DNA from: Octopus sinensis
Taxonomy: Eukaryota
DNA: 64,000 nt
Assembly (NCBI RefSeq): GCF_006345805.1
Contig: NC_043015.1
Location: forward strand, 39,246,001-39,310,000
Direction: 5' to 3'
The position numbers and the translations under genes are program-made. Below, piece by piece: positions 44,222 to 57,384 of the stretch (its first letter is position 1; each line of letters starts with the position of its first letter). The notes below the pieces were generated by a model. That model was not told the origin of the DNA. It saw only the letters and a list, made by a program, of their open reading frames with translations, and did no database searches.

Positions 44222-45102
44222 AACAATTTTACTGAACCCAAGGATTAATAAACTTTCTTTCAGAGATACAAAGATGTTGTTCATATTTGTGAAGGGTGTG
44301 CAGCTAATTCATATGACCTCCAGTATATTACAGGTATGTCAAAATAACCATAGGTGAATACAGTTAATTTCCAATAATTCATCATACCTACAAAGGAGGT
44401 AAATGTGTCAGACTGCAGTAACTATACTCCTCAGCTAGTAAACAACGTTAACCACTGAGCTACTTCACCTCTTTACCTGTTTAATTTGAGGTAAATATTT
44501 TATTTGTCAGGAAATGACAGCTTATCTTCTATTGCCTAAATTTACCTTGCATCATTGAATACATGTTAGTCACTTGCAAGGAAAGTTACCTACAGTGGTC
44601 TCTCTTCATCTCCAGGGGAACATTTACTTTTCATCTATTTAGTGCCGCACCAGTAAGAGCTAAGCAGACACTTCTCACCTGTGTGGTTCATGTGATAGTA
44701 GTAGCAGTGTGGAGGCACGTGCTGTGACAGCGTGCCACTGCAGTCACTATTCGTTGGTGATTCCCTACTACTCCAGGCAGATGACACCTTTGCACCAACC
44801 CACCAAACCACGGGGCCTGTTTTTTGGGTGGTCATTGTGCAAATCCTACCTCAACCTCTTTCAGTTACCTTTTACAACATGTAATTATTCCATAATGGCT
44901 ACCTCTAATGAGTGCAAGGTTACATAATCGGATTGTTATCTAACACTCCACTGAATCCCATGAAGCATGATTAATTTTTAACTTCACCTGGATCACAGTA
45001 ACCACAAAGCCTGTTTGTATGTGTGTGGGCGCGAGTGAGATTCTGTGGAAGAAAGAAATGAGTGCTGGAGACTAAATCAAGAGCAAAAAAAAAGGAACCT
45101 AC

Positions 45103-45237
45103 ATCTGAAGTGACCAGGGTTTCGACTTCCCTGTCCTCTTTGTTATGATCACTGTTCAGGTGATGGGTCTTCTCCGCTTCCTTCTCAGGCTTCGTCTCAT
45201 CACCAACGCTTGGTTGGTTGGCAATGGTTCTATCCAT
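45103..45237 (-). CDS. SAM-domain protein (Aveugle/SAMD10/12-like), coding exon 1
   Basis: Acceptor tttag (exon starts 45244), GCCATGG start, GTAGG donor, phase 0. Confidence 0.7.
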
Positions 45238-45855
45238 GGCACATCTAAACAGATTGCAAGTAGGAAAAATAAAATAGAGACAGTCATTTCGTATGTGACA
45301 CACAGACACACTGCATTCATTGGAGTAAGAAAGAAACGAGATTGTGTGATGTTCATTCACTTCCAAAGGATACTGTAGCAATGTAATTACATTTTGAAAT
45401 GTCACAATCTTGGTAATTAATGTCTTGGACTGCTAATCTTAATCATTTTGGTATTCAATGCCATTCAGGTTGAACATGAAGAAGTAGATCTTTGTAGCCA
45501 ATAGTGCTTATTTCTGTAGATTTTGGTTCTTTTTGCAGTCTATTGGCTATCTGGTCTTTGTCACTAATTCCTGTACATCTCATGTCTACATCATCATCGT
45601 TTAATGTCCGCTTTCCATACTGGCATGGGTTGGACGATTTGACTGAGGACAGGCGAACCAGATGGTTGCACCAGGCTCCAATCTGATCTGGCAGAGTTAC
45701 TACAGCTGGATGCCTCCTTCCTAACGCCAACCACTCCGAGAGTGTAGTGGGTGCTTTTACATGCCACCGGCACGGAGGCCAGTCAGGCGGTACTGGCAAC
45801 GACCTCGCTCGAATCCTTTTACACATGCCACCGGCACAGGTGCCAGTAAGGCGAC

Positions 45856-45892
<37 letters not shown>

Positions 45893-46274
45893 TACACATG
45901 CACGTACATATTTATAAACTACAAATGATTGTGATATCTGATACAATAAAAATTGGCCAAATTTTCTTAGGATTAAGAGGATGATGAACAAAGCAAGATA
46001 CTTTTTTCACAACCTTGCTACCAAGAAGGTGGGCAGTCAAAATTTACTCTAAATTAAAAAAAGAACACACACACATACATACATATATAGGTATAAGTCA
46101 TCTAAGAGTTCATAAAAAAATGCACTCTTATATCTGTCAATAGAGTGGATATATATTATCTGCAGTGTATTATATATCCATTACGGTCAATCTTATCAAT
46201 TGGTTTCACTCTAGGGGTTCAATAGAGTGTTAGGTAACAACCCAACTGCAGTCACCCTATTTTATTCCATAATG

Positions 46275-46364
46275 GCTACCTCTGATGAGTGCAGGGTTAC
46301 ATAATCGGATTGTTATCTAACACTCCAGTGAATCCCATGCACGAAACCGAATGGTAAGATCAGC
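46275..46364 (+). ncRNA. Type I hammerhead ribozyme motif (Penelope-like repeat)
   Basis: CTGATGA, stem II GTGCA/TGCAC, GAAA, stem III ACC-GAAT-GGT, GTA cleavage triplet; stem I imperfect. Confidence 0.7.
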
Positions 46365-47669
46365 TGTACTGTATATATAATACTGTACACTTTGGATAAT
46401 ACACACACACATATATATATACATACTTGGAAATGGATGCGTGGCATTCAATTAAATAATAAATAGTAAATAATATATAGTGTGTATATGTATCTATATA
46501 TATAAATATATACATGCATATATGGGTACAGAAAGTCACCAATAGTTTAAACAACATGAAATACATAAATAAATTATTTAAATAGGTAAACAATGAGAAA
46601 AAAAATGGAGAACAGGACAAGCAAACACAGAGGAAGAACCCTTCATCAGTTGTTGGCTGTCTGTCTACTCCTCACACACATATATATATATATATATTAT
46701 ATATATATAAACATATATATATATATATATATTATACATCATCATCATCATTTAACGTCCGCTAGCATGGGTTGGACGGTTCAACTGGGGTCTGGGGAGC
46801 CCGAAGGCTGCACCAGGCCAGTCAGATCTGGCAGTGTTTCTACGGCTGGATGCCCTTCCAAACGCCAACCACTCCATGAGTGTAGTGGGTGATTTTTATG
46901 TGCCACCAACACAGGTGCCAGACGAGGCTGGCAAACGGCCATGCTCGGATGGTGTTTTCATGTGCCACCGACACAGGTGCCAGATGATATATATATATAT
47001 ATATGTATGTTTATATATATATATATATAGAGAGAGAAAGAAAGTGACATTTCCAGGCTTCTATTCAGTTTTCTGTCTGTCAAACTATGTTGGCCAATTT
47101 GAGATTAGGATTGAAAACACTCATCCACGGTGCCATACAGTGGGACCGAACCTAGGACCACATGGCTATGAAGTTCTTCACAACATTGCCACGCCCAAAG
47201 CTTTGTATAAAATACAGCTACTAATGGAAACTGATTTTCATGTTTTGCTGATTGGATGCTATTGAGTGTTCATGAATAAAAGGAACATTCCAGAAATCCT
47301 GGAATCCATTCTCTCGGCTGTATAGAGTGGGGGGGGGGTACTGTAGAATTAAATATCTTACAGCAGAGATCCAAACGAAGTTAAGAAATGAAACCCATAA
47401 CCTTTTAGATGATAAAAGGTTGACCCTTCCAGACTGACGGGCTAAAAATAAGAGTTGAGATTTAGTTCTGGACTCATGGTATTGAGTAGATGTGTGACAA
47501 ATGTCTGCCCAGAAAGTAAGTTTAGGGAGAGTCTGTGAAAGCCCTAGAGAAAAATCATTCCTCTAGAACCATATAGAAATTGAGGAGTTAACATTTTCAA
47601 ATGATTTAGTATTTATTTCAGACAGTAGGGGGTGGGGATTAAGTGTGCTGCACAGATAGAGAATAAAAA

Positions 47670-48075
47670 CAGGAGTGGCTGTGTGGTAAGTAGCTTGCTA
47701 ACCAACCACATGGTTCCGGGTTCAGTCCCACTGCATGGCATCTTGGGCAAGTGTCTTCTGCTATAGCCTCGGGCCGACCAATGCCTTGAGAGTGGATTTG
47801 GTAGACGGAAACTGAAAGAAGCCTGTCCTATATATGTATATATATATATGTGTGTATGTGTGTGATTGTGTGTCTGTGTTTGTCCCCTAGCATTGCTTGA
47901 CAACCGATGCTGGTGTGTTTACGTCCCCGTCACTTAGCGGTTCGGCAAAAGAGACCGATAGAATAAGTACTGGGCTTACAAAAGAATAAGTCCCGGGGTC
48001 GATTTGCTCGACTAAAGGCGGTGCTGCAACATGGCCGCAGTCAAATGACTGAAACAAGTAAAAAGAGTAAAAGAG
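47670..48075 (+). mobile_element. tRNA-derived SINE family B
   Basis: A/B-box head ggctgtgtggtaag..gggttcagtccc, then cttgggcaagtg; other copies at about 14429-14700, 51250-51460, 51975-52915 (-), 57590-58000 (-). Confidence 0.85.
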
Positions 48076-48757
48076 AGTAAGGATTTGAAATCACGAATTC
48101 CGACCTGTTTATACAATGATAAATCCATTTATGGTATCTTTACTATAACAGTTTAGCTAAATCGGTCAATGAATTCTTGCAGACAATAGTAGTTAGTGGA
48201 TAGGTTTGGGGGGGGGGGGTGGATGTCTTGAATTGAGAACACCGTAATATCAAAGTAAATACAATAATCAGGTGATTCTAAACACTCTATTCCAATTATG
48301 TCGAAGAATAGTGTAATTCCATAGTCTTTGTTCCAAGAACAAGGTCAGTTATACAAAGAACTATGTATGGTCGGTTATATCACCCTCATTGTTTTCCTGG
48401 TATTTGTCAACTGTGAATAGTAAATCCTCCGAGTGGATTACAATAAACCACAGCTCAGCAACAACAGGACTCTTACGTGGCCGCTTGTCCTGCGAGAAAC
48501 AGCAGCCAAATTTCATTTGACCGCTTTAAACAAGCAATGACACATTGCAGGGTGTAGTCCTAGACATACACGAACGGGTGATATGACCATGTCTGGAATG
48601 GTTTTAATCACAGAACTGTTTTATTCGAGGTTGACCCCCAGATTAAACTGAAGAGGTCGCAGTAACAGTAAATTCCACAGACACATCTAGAGAATAACAC
48701 ACACACATACACACTGACAACTACCGACACAGACATACACAAAACACATGTACAAGC

Positions 48758-48836
<79 letters not shown>

Positions 48837-49051
48837 TACATACAAACATATATATATTCGTATACATGGCAATAGGAAGCAATTCTGAAGAGCAAGTGGG
48901 GAGGTGAAATGCCATAAAAACTATTGTCAATGTCGTAATTTCGGTTTAAGTAGCATCTTCGTATAAAGACTGGTCTTATTGAGGGCGAAAAGAGGGATTA
49001 TCTGGAAGAAATACGACCGGGAAAGGATTTAAAAGGGAAAAAAATACTCAC

Positions 49052-49135
49052 AGTTCGTCAAACCCGGGTTTGGACTCGAACCGGATGTTATGTAGTAGGA
49101 ACCGGAAGTTCTTTAACCACGCCCTCTGCCGTTAC
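49052..49135 (-). promoter_or_regulatory. Probable promoter and non-coding first exon of the SAM gene
   Basis: GTGAGTA donor at 49051; ETS motifs CCGGAAGT (49102) and CCGGATG in a CpG-rich patch. Confidence 0.5.
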
Positions 49136-49639
49136 ACACACGCACACACACACACACAAACATAATTTATTTAAAAATAAAAAAAAAAAGGAAGAAAAAT
49201 TCGAAAAGAATAATATTTATCTCGGTCGAACCCTGGACCTTAAGTATTTTAGACTCTAACTAAAAAATAACGAAATATTTTTGTTAAAAAAATAATTGAT
49301 TAAAATTAGATTAATTAATTGAGTTAAAGGGAGGTTACTCTAGTAACTCATGCAGACTAAATTGAGTTTAAGGCAATTAAAGACTCGTTTATCTTTGGCC
49401 TTTGCAAAAGCTTTGTATTTCTGTGAATTCCGGATTTAGAATATTGTAGTGTTTATGTCTTCCCAAAGAGGATCATAGGAGCGAAACACCAGTGGAGTTG
49501 GTTAAGGGAAAACCAGAAGTCATTGCTTTTCGAGGCAGGCTATATTAAATGTTACAGTTTATTAGTGGAACTATAGAAGTTACTATATACTAATGGTACT
49601 GCAATATAGGCCACGGTGTATTAGTGGTACTACTGTTAA

Positions 49640-49872
49640 AGGCGGTGAGCTGGCAGAAACGTTAGCACGTCGGGCGAAATGCGTAGCCGTATTTCGTCTG
49701 CCGATACGTTCTGAGTTCAAATTCCGCCGTGGTTGACTTTGCCTTTCATTCTTTCGGGGTCGATAAATTAAGTACCAGTTACGCACTGGGGTCGACTTAA
49801 TCGACTTTATCCGTTTGTCTGTCCTTGTTTGTCCCCTCTGTGTTTAGCCCCTTGTGGGTAGTAAAGAAATAG
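49640..49872 (+). mobile_element. SINE family C (gcctttcatcctttcggggtcgataaattaagtacc central domain)
   Basis: B-box gagttcaaattcc; other copies at about 17900-18143 (-), 19255-19505, 31790-31940, 62870-63330 (-). Confidence 0.82.
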
Positions 49873-50150
49873 GTACTACTGTTAAGTGATTAAAATATGA
49901 ATTTGCACAGGTATTAGAGCGTTCGTTAAAATGTTTTCAAGTCTCTGCAGAGTTCTGTTCACGCCGAGTCCAACTTGGATTTTCATCCTTCAGAGGTTGA
50001 TAAATTAAGTGGCAGTCTATATTGAATATTGGCAGAATTGCTGAATCTGTTCTGGTCCACTAAGTTCTGAGTTCAAATCCCGTATCCTGATTGATATTTG
50101 CGAGCAAAAAATGATTTATTACATTTTATTACAAACAAGTATCTAAGGAA

Positions 50151-50244
50151 GGCGGAGGTAAAGAATATGCACACCACCCGTTTTCGGCGTAACCCTAACC
50201 TTATACGCCGAAAACGGGTGGTGTGCGTATTCTTTACCTTCGCC
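50151..50244. mobile_element. 94-bp fold-back MITE with 9-bp TSD
   Basis: Near-perfect hairpin; TSD TCTAAGGAA on both sides. Confidence 0.88.
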
Positions 50245-50296
50245 TCTAAGGAAGGGGAGACATGAAAGAGCTTGCAATTTGTGTCCTTACACATCA

Positions 50297-50338
<42 letters not shown>

Positions 50339-50897
50339 AGAGTTTGATGCAGAATTGGTTAATCTTTGATAAAGAATTCATCAAACTCTTCCTTACAATC
50401 TTCTTTGATGTAATTACTGACATCTTAGATCATTCCAGATTCCAAATTTTACCCAAATAATTCCAGCTATTCTTAGAACAACTGTTTTCTGTGACATTTC
50501 CAAAGCATAGTTGTAATGGGAGGGCCAAGACCATAATCTCTGTCAGTGGGGACAAAGGAAGAAGAATCTATAAGTAACGGATTAATGCAATAATAGGTAG
50601 GAGCCATGACTCACCGAGTATTAATGTTTGAGGAAATAAATTAATGGATCTAATTATCTAACCTCTGACCAGATAGTTAGGGAGGAGAGCAACACAAACG
50701 GCAAAAAAAGAGAGACACGTATACAAAGGAAATGAATGCAATAAAAGTTAGAGAGATATACAGAAACAGTGAGGGGAAAAAACTACACAGACAAAAACTT
50801 GAATAAGGAGAAACTCAAACACACTCGCTCTCTCCTCTTTCTCTCTCTCTCTCACTCTTTCCAGGCTAAATGATGAGGATTATATATATAGGATATG

Positions 50898-51235
50898 TGA
50901 AGGTGCATGGCTCAGTGGTTAGAGCGTCGAGCTTACAATCATGAGGTTGTGAGTTTGATTCCCGGACCGGGCTGTGTGTTGTGTTCTTGAGCAAGACACT
51001 TTATTTTCACGTTGCTCCAGTTCACTCAGCTGTAGAAATGAGTTGTGATGTCACTGGTGCCAAGCTGTATCAGCCCCCTTTGCCTTTCCCTTGGATAACA
51101 TCACTAGTATGGAGAGGGGAGGCTGGTATGCATGGGCGACTGCTGGTCTTCCATAAACAACCTTGCCCGGACTTGTACCTCGGAGGGTAACTTTCTAGGT
51201 GCAATCCATGAGCATTCTTAACCGAAGGGGGTCTC
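50898..51235 (+). mobile_element. tRNA-derived SINE family D
   Basis: tggctcagtggttagagc A box and B-box-like motif; related copies at about 2985-3165 (-), 10340-10575 (-), 53830-53930. Confidence 0.75.
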
Positions 51236-51460
51236 CCTACATATATATAGGCGCAGGCATGGCTGTGTAGTAAGAGGCTTGCTTTCCTACTATGTGGTTC
51301 TGGGTTCTGTGTGGCACCTTGGGCAAGTGTCTTCTGCTATAGCCTCGGGCCAACCCAAAGCCTTATGAGTGGATTTGGTAGATGGAAACTGAAAGAAGCC
51401 CATCGTGTATATATATGTGTGTGTGTGCGTATTTTTGTTTGTCCCTCGCCACTGCTTGGT

Positions 51461-51505
<45 letters not shown>

Positions 51506-51855
51506 ACACACACACACACACACACCTACTGACACACATTCATGCAGGAGATAGACAAATGGATGCACTGAAAGAGATGCAAATATATAGGTTACAGAAA
51601 ATGAGTTATAAGCACTTGTTTTCCTTTATAGCAGTTTATACATACATTTGTGCGTGTGTGTGTTTATTTTAATGTATGGTTACACCTACTATAGTAATAC
51701 TCTTGTGTTTTTCTCTGTCAAAACATGAATGAGAAAAGAAGGGGTGATAGATGAATAAGGAAGGAAGGGGTGATGGCAAACTGACAGAGGGATTATGGAA
51801 ATTCTATGGTGAAAAGAAAAGATCAAACAGTGTTTGAAGTTTGAAGTTTATGCGG

Positions 51856-51939
51856 TCATCTGATGAGAACGATTTCTTTCAAATTGATGTAATGTTTTCA
51901 TTAATCAATTAAAGGAGTCACTTGAAACGGCCGTAATGG
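51856..51939 (+). ncRNA. Type I hammerhead ribozyme motif with long stem II
   Basis: TCAT-CTGATGA-[long hairpin]-GAAAC-GGCC-GTA-ATGG; palindromic loop III. Confidence 0.65.
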
Positions 51940-54875
51940 ATTGACACCTGTACCTCTTTGTTACTCATTTATATATACTCTTTTGCTTGTTTCAGTCATT
52001 TGACTGTGGCCATGCTGGAGCACCGCCCTTAGTCAAGCAAATCGACCCCAGGACTTATTCTTTGTAAGCCTAGTACTTATTCTATCAGTCACTTTTGCCA
52101 AACTGCTAAGTTACGGGGACATAACAACAGCATCAGTTGTCAAGCGATGTTGGGGGGACAAACACAGACACACAAATACACACACATACGAGCAAAACAC
52201 CCCCTCCCCGTCCAATGGACGGTGCTGAACCATATCTGCGGAATAAAAAGCAATCAGTGTTTTCTTTTCATTAAAAAATAATTAAGCATGCCTTTATTTC
52301 AATAAAATTTTTGGTTAAGGCAAAAAAAAAAAAACTTCTTGAGAAACCAAACAGTTTTTCCTTTCTTCATGCCAAGTTTGAAGAAAATTTCTCTTTTGTA
52401 TCTTACTTTTTTGGTCTCTTAAACATACTGCATTTTGTGGCATTATTTCAAACCAGCCAGCATTTTTTGCGCAAACTGCATGTGCATTTTTCTCATGTAC
52501 CCGAAGTATCAATCGCAACAGCTGATGTACTTGCATGTACACATGCTCGTTCCCACGGCTTTATTGATTGCATTCTCAACTGGAATCGATTTTTGTAATT
52601 TTTTCAAGACTTATGCACGCCCTGATACTGTTGGTATCTACATATCAAATTTGAGCGCAATCGGATGGAGGATGCCCGAAATCCTAGAAGACACACACAC
52701 AGACAGAACAAATTTTATATGATAGATATACACATATATACATATATACGACGGGCTTCTTTCAGTTTCCATCTACCAAATCCACTTACAAGGCTTTGGT
52801 CGGCCTGAAGCTATAGTAGAAGACACTTGCCCAAGGTGCTACGCAGTGGGACTGAAGCCAGAACCATGTGGTTGGCAAGCAAGCTACTTACCACACAGCC
52901 ACTCCTACGCCTATAAATATATATATAAGCAATAATAAATCTCTGAACGAGATGTAAATGCATGATTGGATATTCTGTGAGCGACAGTTATTCCATTCCA
53001 GTTTTAGTTCTTACTTTTAATCCTCTTTAAACTCCCATAGTTGCATATTCACATGGAGTTCTGCACAGTCTGATGTGGACTATAACGTAATATAGAGAAC
53101 ACATCTCAAAGGAGAGAAAAACAGAACATGTGCTGGTACTTGGTACCCCCTTATTCAATTTGTAGATGCACTTCATAAGGGTACCATGCATAAGGAAACA
53201 CCACCTCTGATAGAGGAGTGTGAAATACAATTCAAACAAGCAGTAAACAAATTTAAATACCTGTGAGGTATAAATCTAGTGGGAGAAGTGGAAGGACTAC
53301 GGCCCCACAACCACAAAGGTGGACTGGTGTTGGGCAAAAATAGGGGTGAACCGCAGACCAGAGAAAGAGGTTGCACCTATGTGGGTTTATGAGAGTGGGG
53401 AGGGGCGAGTGTGCAGATAACACTTTTGGTGGCCATTTGGGTGTAACAAATTAATGCTACGTGGGTATGTGGCATCTCCATTGACGGGTGCCTCCAGCCA
53501 CATACCCCACACAGACAAACAGATACACATTAACATGCTCATGCTCATACACACTACTGCTTGCAAATATACCCAAATAGACACAGACATATAACACGCA
53601 CACACACACGCACACACACACACGCACACACGCACACACACACGCACACACACGCACACACACACACGCACACACACATGCGCACACACACACACGCACA
53701 CACACATGCGCACACACACACGCACACACACACGCACACACACGCACACACACACACGCACACACACATGCGCACACACACACACAACACGTATGCAGTT
53801 ACATATATAAAATATCATATGTTAATGGTGAAGGCATGTGACCTAGTGGTTAGGGTGATGCACTCATGATTACTAGATTGTGGGTTCAATTCCTTGACTA
53901 AGTATCTCATTGTGTTCTTTCATGTTGCTCCAGTCTTGCTTTCAATCAGTGGGAAATGTTTGACCCGCTTGCCTACCCAGCAGAGTGGTGTCATTTGAAG
54001 GCTAAAACAATGCAAAAGCGCATTGTGACCAGCGATGTGTAACAACATCCGACAGCCTGGTTGGTCACTTGACCATATGATATTAATGGATTAATGCATA
54101 TTTGTCAAGAATAGTTTTAATCATTCACCATTTTCACTGGTTTATTGTCCCAGTCAGAGAACAGACCCTCTTAGCCAAATACTGGCATTGTAAACATTGG
54201 ACAGCAACCAGAGCAAGCTGTTTCTGGTTTTCTTTTACCTTAGGCCCAACTAAGCCATTCTTGTGCTTTCTTCAAACAGAATTCAATTATGGTAGAAGCA
54301 GTATTCTTTTCTGATTCGGCTAATCACAATATGAAATACTTTTTAGTTGTATAAAACACTGAATTGCCATATCTATTTCGGCAGGTCATGTGTTGACAAT
54401 ATTTTTACCTCAATCCCACTATACTCTTTTCACTCTAGTGCACCGCACTCACCTTTTCTGCCCCTGTTATCTCGTTCCTCTTCACTTTGTACCTTGACCT
54501 CACATCTTTCTCTCTCCATGCATTCATCTCTTCAGCAAGGCATGTGCTCGTTCTATCATACTTTCACATTCTTTAATACTTTGGTAATTGGGGACCTCAA
54601 CAGTGCTGGTGTCATGACAAAAGCATCCAGCCCACTCTGTGAAATGGCTGACATTAGGAAGGGCGTCCTGCTGTAGAAACCAGGTCTAAGTAGACACTGG
54701 AGCCTGACACAGCCCTCTAGCTCATCAGTTTGTGTTCAACCGTCCAGTCCATGTAAGCATGGAAAAAGGGTCATTAAATTATGATGATGATAATAACACA
54801 TGTAGCACAAAAACGACTTTAATTCAATAATTAAAGGTTTAATGCTATTTCTACAACAGGCTTAGCTCAAACCTT

Positions 54876-55240
54876 ATTTATTACCTCTGCCTTAGTGAAG
54901 GCGGAGATATTATTTTCAGTTGTGTTTATTTGTCTGTGGACAAGATATCTCAAGAACCACTGGATGGATTTGGATGGAACTTTCAGGGATGTTTGGCCTC
55001 GTGACTGGTATGAACTGATTAGATTTTGGGATCGATTGGGTACCAGACTAGGATTCTGGATTATTTTCCCGTTTTTCTTTTACTTAATTTTTGAGAGCAG
55101 TCGAGTTCATTTTTACTATTCTTGTTTGTTAGAGCCATCGAGTTTATTTCAGATATACTCATTTTAAAAATCGTCTCTGGTTAATCGTTCAGAGGACACT
55201 GGTGTTGCCTTGGTGGAGGTTTGCGTTCTCTGAGTGCTTT
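54876..55240. mobile_element. Short interspersed element (ttattacctctgcc..ggcggag type; HINE/MITE-like)
   Basis: Subterminal inverted repeats and a 5' hairpin. Confidence 0.5.
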
Positions 55241-56018
55241 TCTTTATTATGATTACTATTATTGATAAGGTGGCGAGCTGGCAGAATCGTTAGCAAAACT
55301 AGGTGGTATTTCGTCTATCTTTACATTCTGAGTTCAAATTCCACCGAGGTTGACTTTGCAATTCATCCCTTTAGGGTCCATAAAATAAGGACCAGCTGAG
55401 TATTAGGATTATTCCTATTATTTTAAGTGAAAGGGGTTGCTTTTTGTCCTGTCTGAATCTCTGTCTCATTCGAGGCCAGACTTCACAAACTTTCAGAAAT
55501 TGGTATCAGTCGTTTAGCCCCATTGAATTATTGAGACATTTAGGCTGGAAGAGGTCTTGTGTCTTAACTTCTGCTGGTACATATAAATTTACTGTTGTGG
55601 CATTACCTTTTACCATATATTCTATGCTGGTCAGTCTCTGAAGAGTGCGAGAAACCAAACAAGCAAGGCATTTGAGTCAAGCTCTGTTTTCTCTTTATAG
55701 TTTCTGTTCACCATTCGCTGAAAGGAAGGGAAGTTCTGAATAAAACACCACACACAGGTCACAGGTGTATACACAAAGATGCACACACACACACATATGT
55801 ACTTACATACACACATACACACACACACATATATATACACATAGATACACACATACTCATGCATGCACACATACATTCATATATATATATATATATATAT
55901 ATAAATATGTATATAATGTTAATCCAAACATGAAAACACAAAGAGAAAGCACAACAACGCAAGGACGTGGAACAAATATAGTATTATTGGACGCTCAGGA
56001 AGGAAGGGAAGAAGGAGG

Positions 56019-56053
56019 GTTTTACGTTTCGAGCGGAGCTCTTCGTCAGAAAC
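56019..56053 (-). ncRNA. Minimal type I hammerhead ribozyme (Penelope-type)
   Basis: GTTT-CTGACGA-A-GAGC-TCC-GCTC-GAAA-CG-TA-AAAC. Confidence 0.7.
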
Positions 56054-56215
56054 ATAGGAAAAGGAAAGATCCAGAGAAGGGAAGATGGAGAAAAAACACA
56101 TACACACATGTAGACACAGATTTAGACATGAATTTATACATACACTCATGCATACATACACATACATACAAACATGTGTATATTCACACACATATGCAAA
56201 TACATACATACACAC

Positions 56216-56290
<75 letters not shown>

Positions 56291-56603
56291 CATAGTGGTT
56301 TTACTCTTTATCTTATATAAACTTTTAATACTTTTTGATAGTTATATAATTTTTAAAAAAAATAAACAAAATAAATAAAAAAATAAAATAATAATAAAAT
56401 ATATGTATATATATTTAAAATTCATAAGTTTATATTATTAATTTAAATAATTTTAAAAATCTTAACTTTAATTTAAATATTTTTATTTGGAATTTTATAT
56501 TTTATATTTTTTATATATTTTATTAATTAATTTTATTTCTATGTATTGGCTTATGATTTCACTGTTTGATTTGCCTAATAGTGGTTTGATCTCTAATTTA
56601 ATA

Positions 56604-56648
<45 letters not shown>

Positions 56649-57253
56649 CGAAAAGAATGGAGTCGAACGAAGATTTTATTCTTTTCGTTTATTCATATAA
56701 AAAAATCACACAAATTCCCACACACAAACATGGGGTTCTGCCCTTGGCATGTAGCTTCAACTGTGTTTTACTGACGTGAATTTGCTACTCAGGTATCGAT
56801 TAACCGAATTATCCACACTAGGATAATTCATTCACCTTCTTAAATATATATATATATATAAATATATATATACACACACATACACACATTCAAATATAAC
56901 AGAAATAGTTTTTCTAAATATTTGAAAACAGCAACAACCACAGGAAAAAAAAAAAACAACTCAATGAAATGTTTTCTTAATTTTATTTATTTAATTACCA
57001 TTTGAAAACGTGGGAATGTTTCAAACCAAATTAATATTCGTCATTTTATATTTTTTAAACTGATTTTGTTTTGGTTTTTTTTTTTTCCAATTTCGGATGA
57101 TTAATGATGAAATGCTTTTCATTTTTCTTTGTGATTTTCTAATTTTGTCCATAATTTTTCAAATAATGACATTTTCAGTTGACGACTTTATGCCAAGTCA
57201 GTCGTATTTGTTAAGTTCTTTGCATTTTCTTCTTCTTTGGTCTTTCAATTTTC

Positions 57254-57384
57254 TCAACAAATCTTACTGCTTAGCTTAGATGGACAAGTATGTTTACCAT
57301 TCTTACATGAACAATTATACAAGACACATTTATGAATAAAGCTGAAGTGTTCTGTGTAATACATGGTGCCATTCACTTTACAAC
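57254..57384 (-). CDS. Terminal exon of a Cys-rich (VWC-like) protein; upstream exons not identified
   Basis: Strong polypyrimidine acceptor; GCKVNGTMYYTEHFSFIHKCVLYNCSCKNGKHTCPSKLSSKIC* with 6 Cys; AATAAA at about 56985. Confidence 0.6.

Noticed and set aside
50898-50970. tRNA-like A/B boxes
   Set aside because: SINE head with no complete cloverleaf
55632-55660. CTGAAGAGTGC..GAAAC
   Set aside because: Stems II and III cannot form; at best a truncated relic
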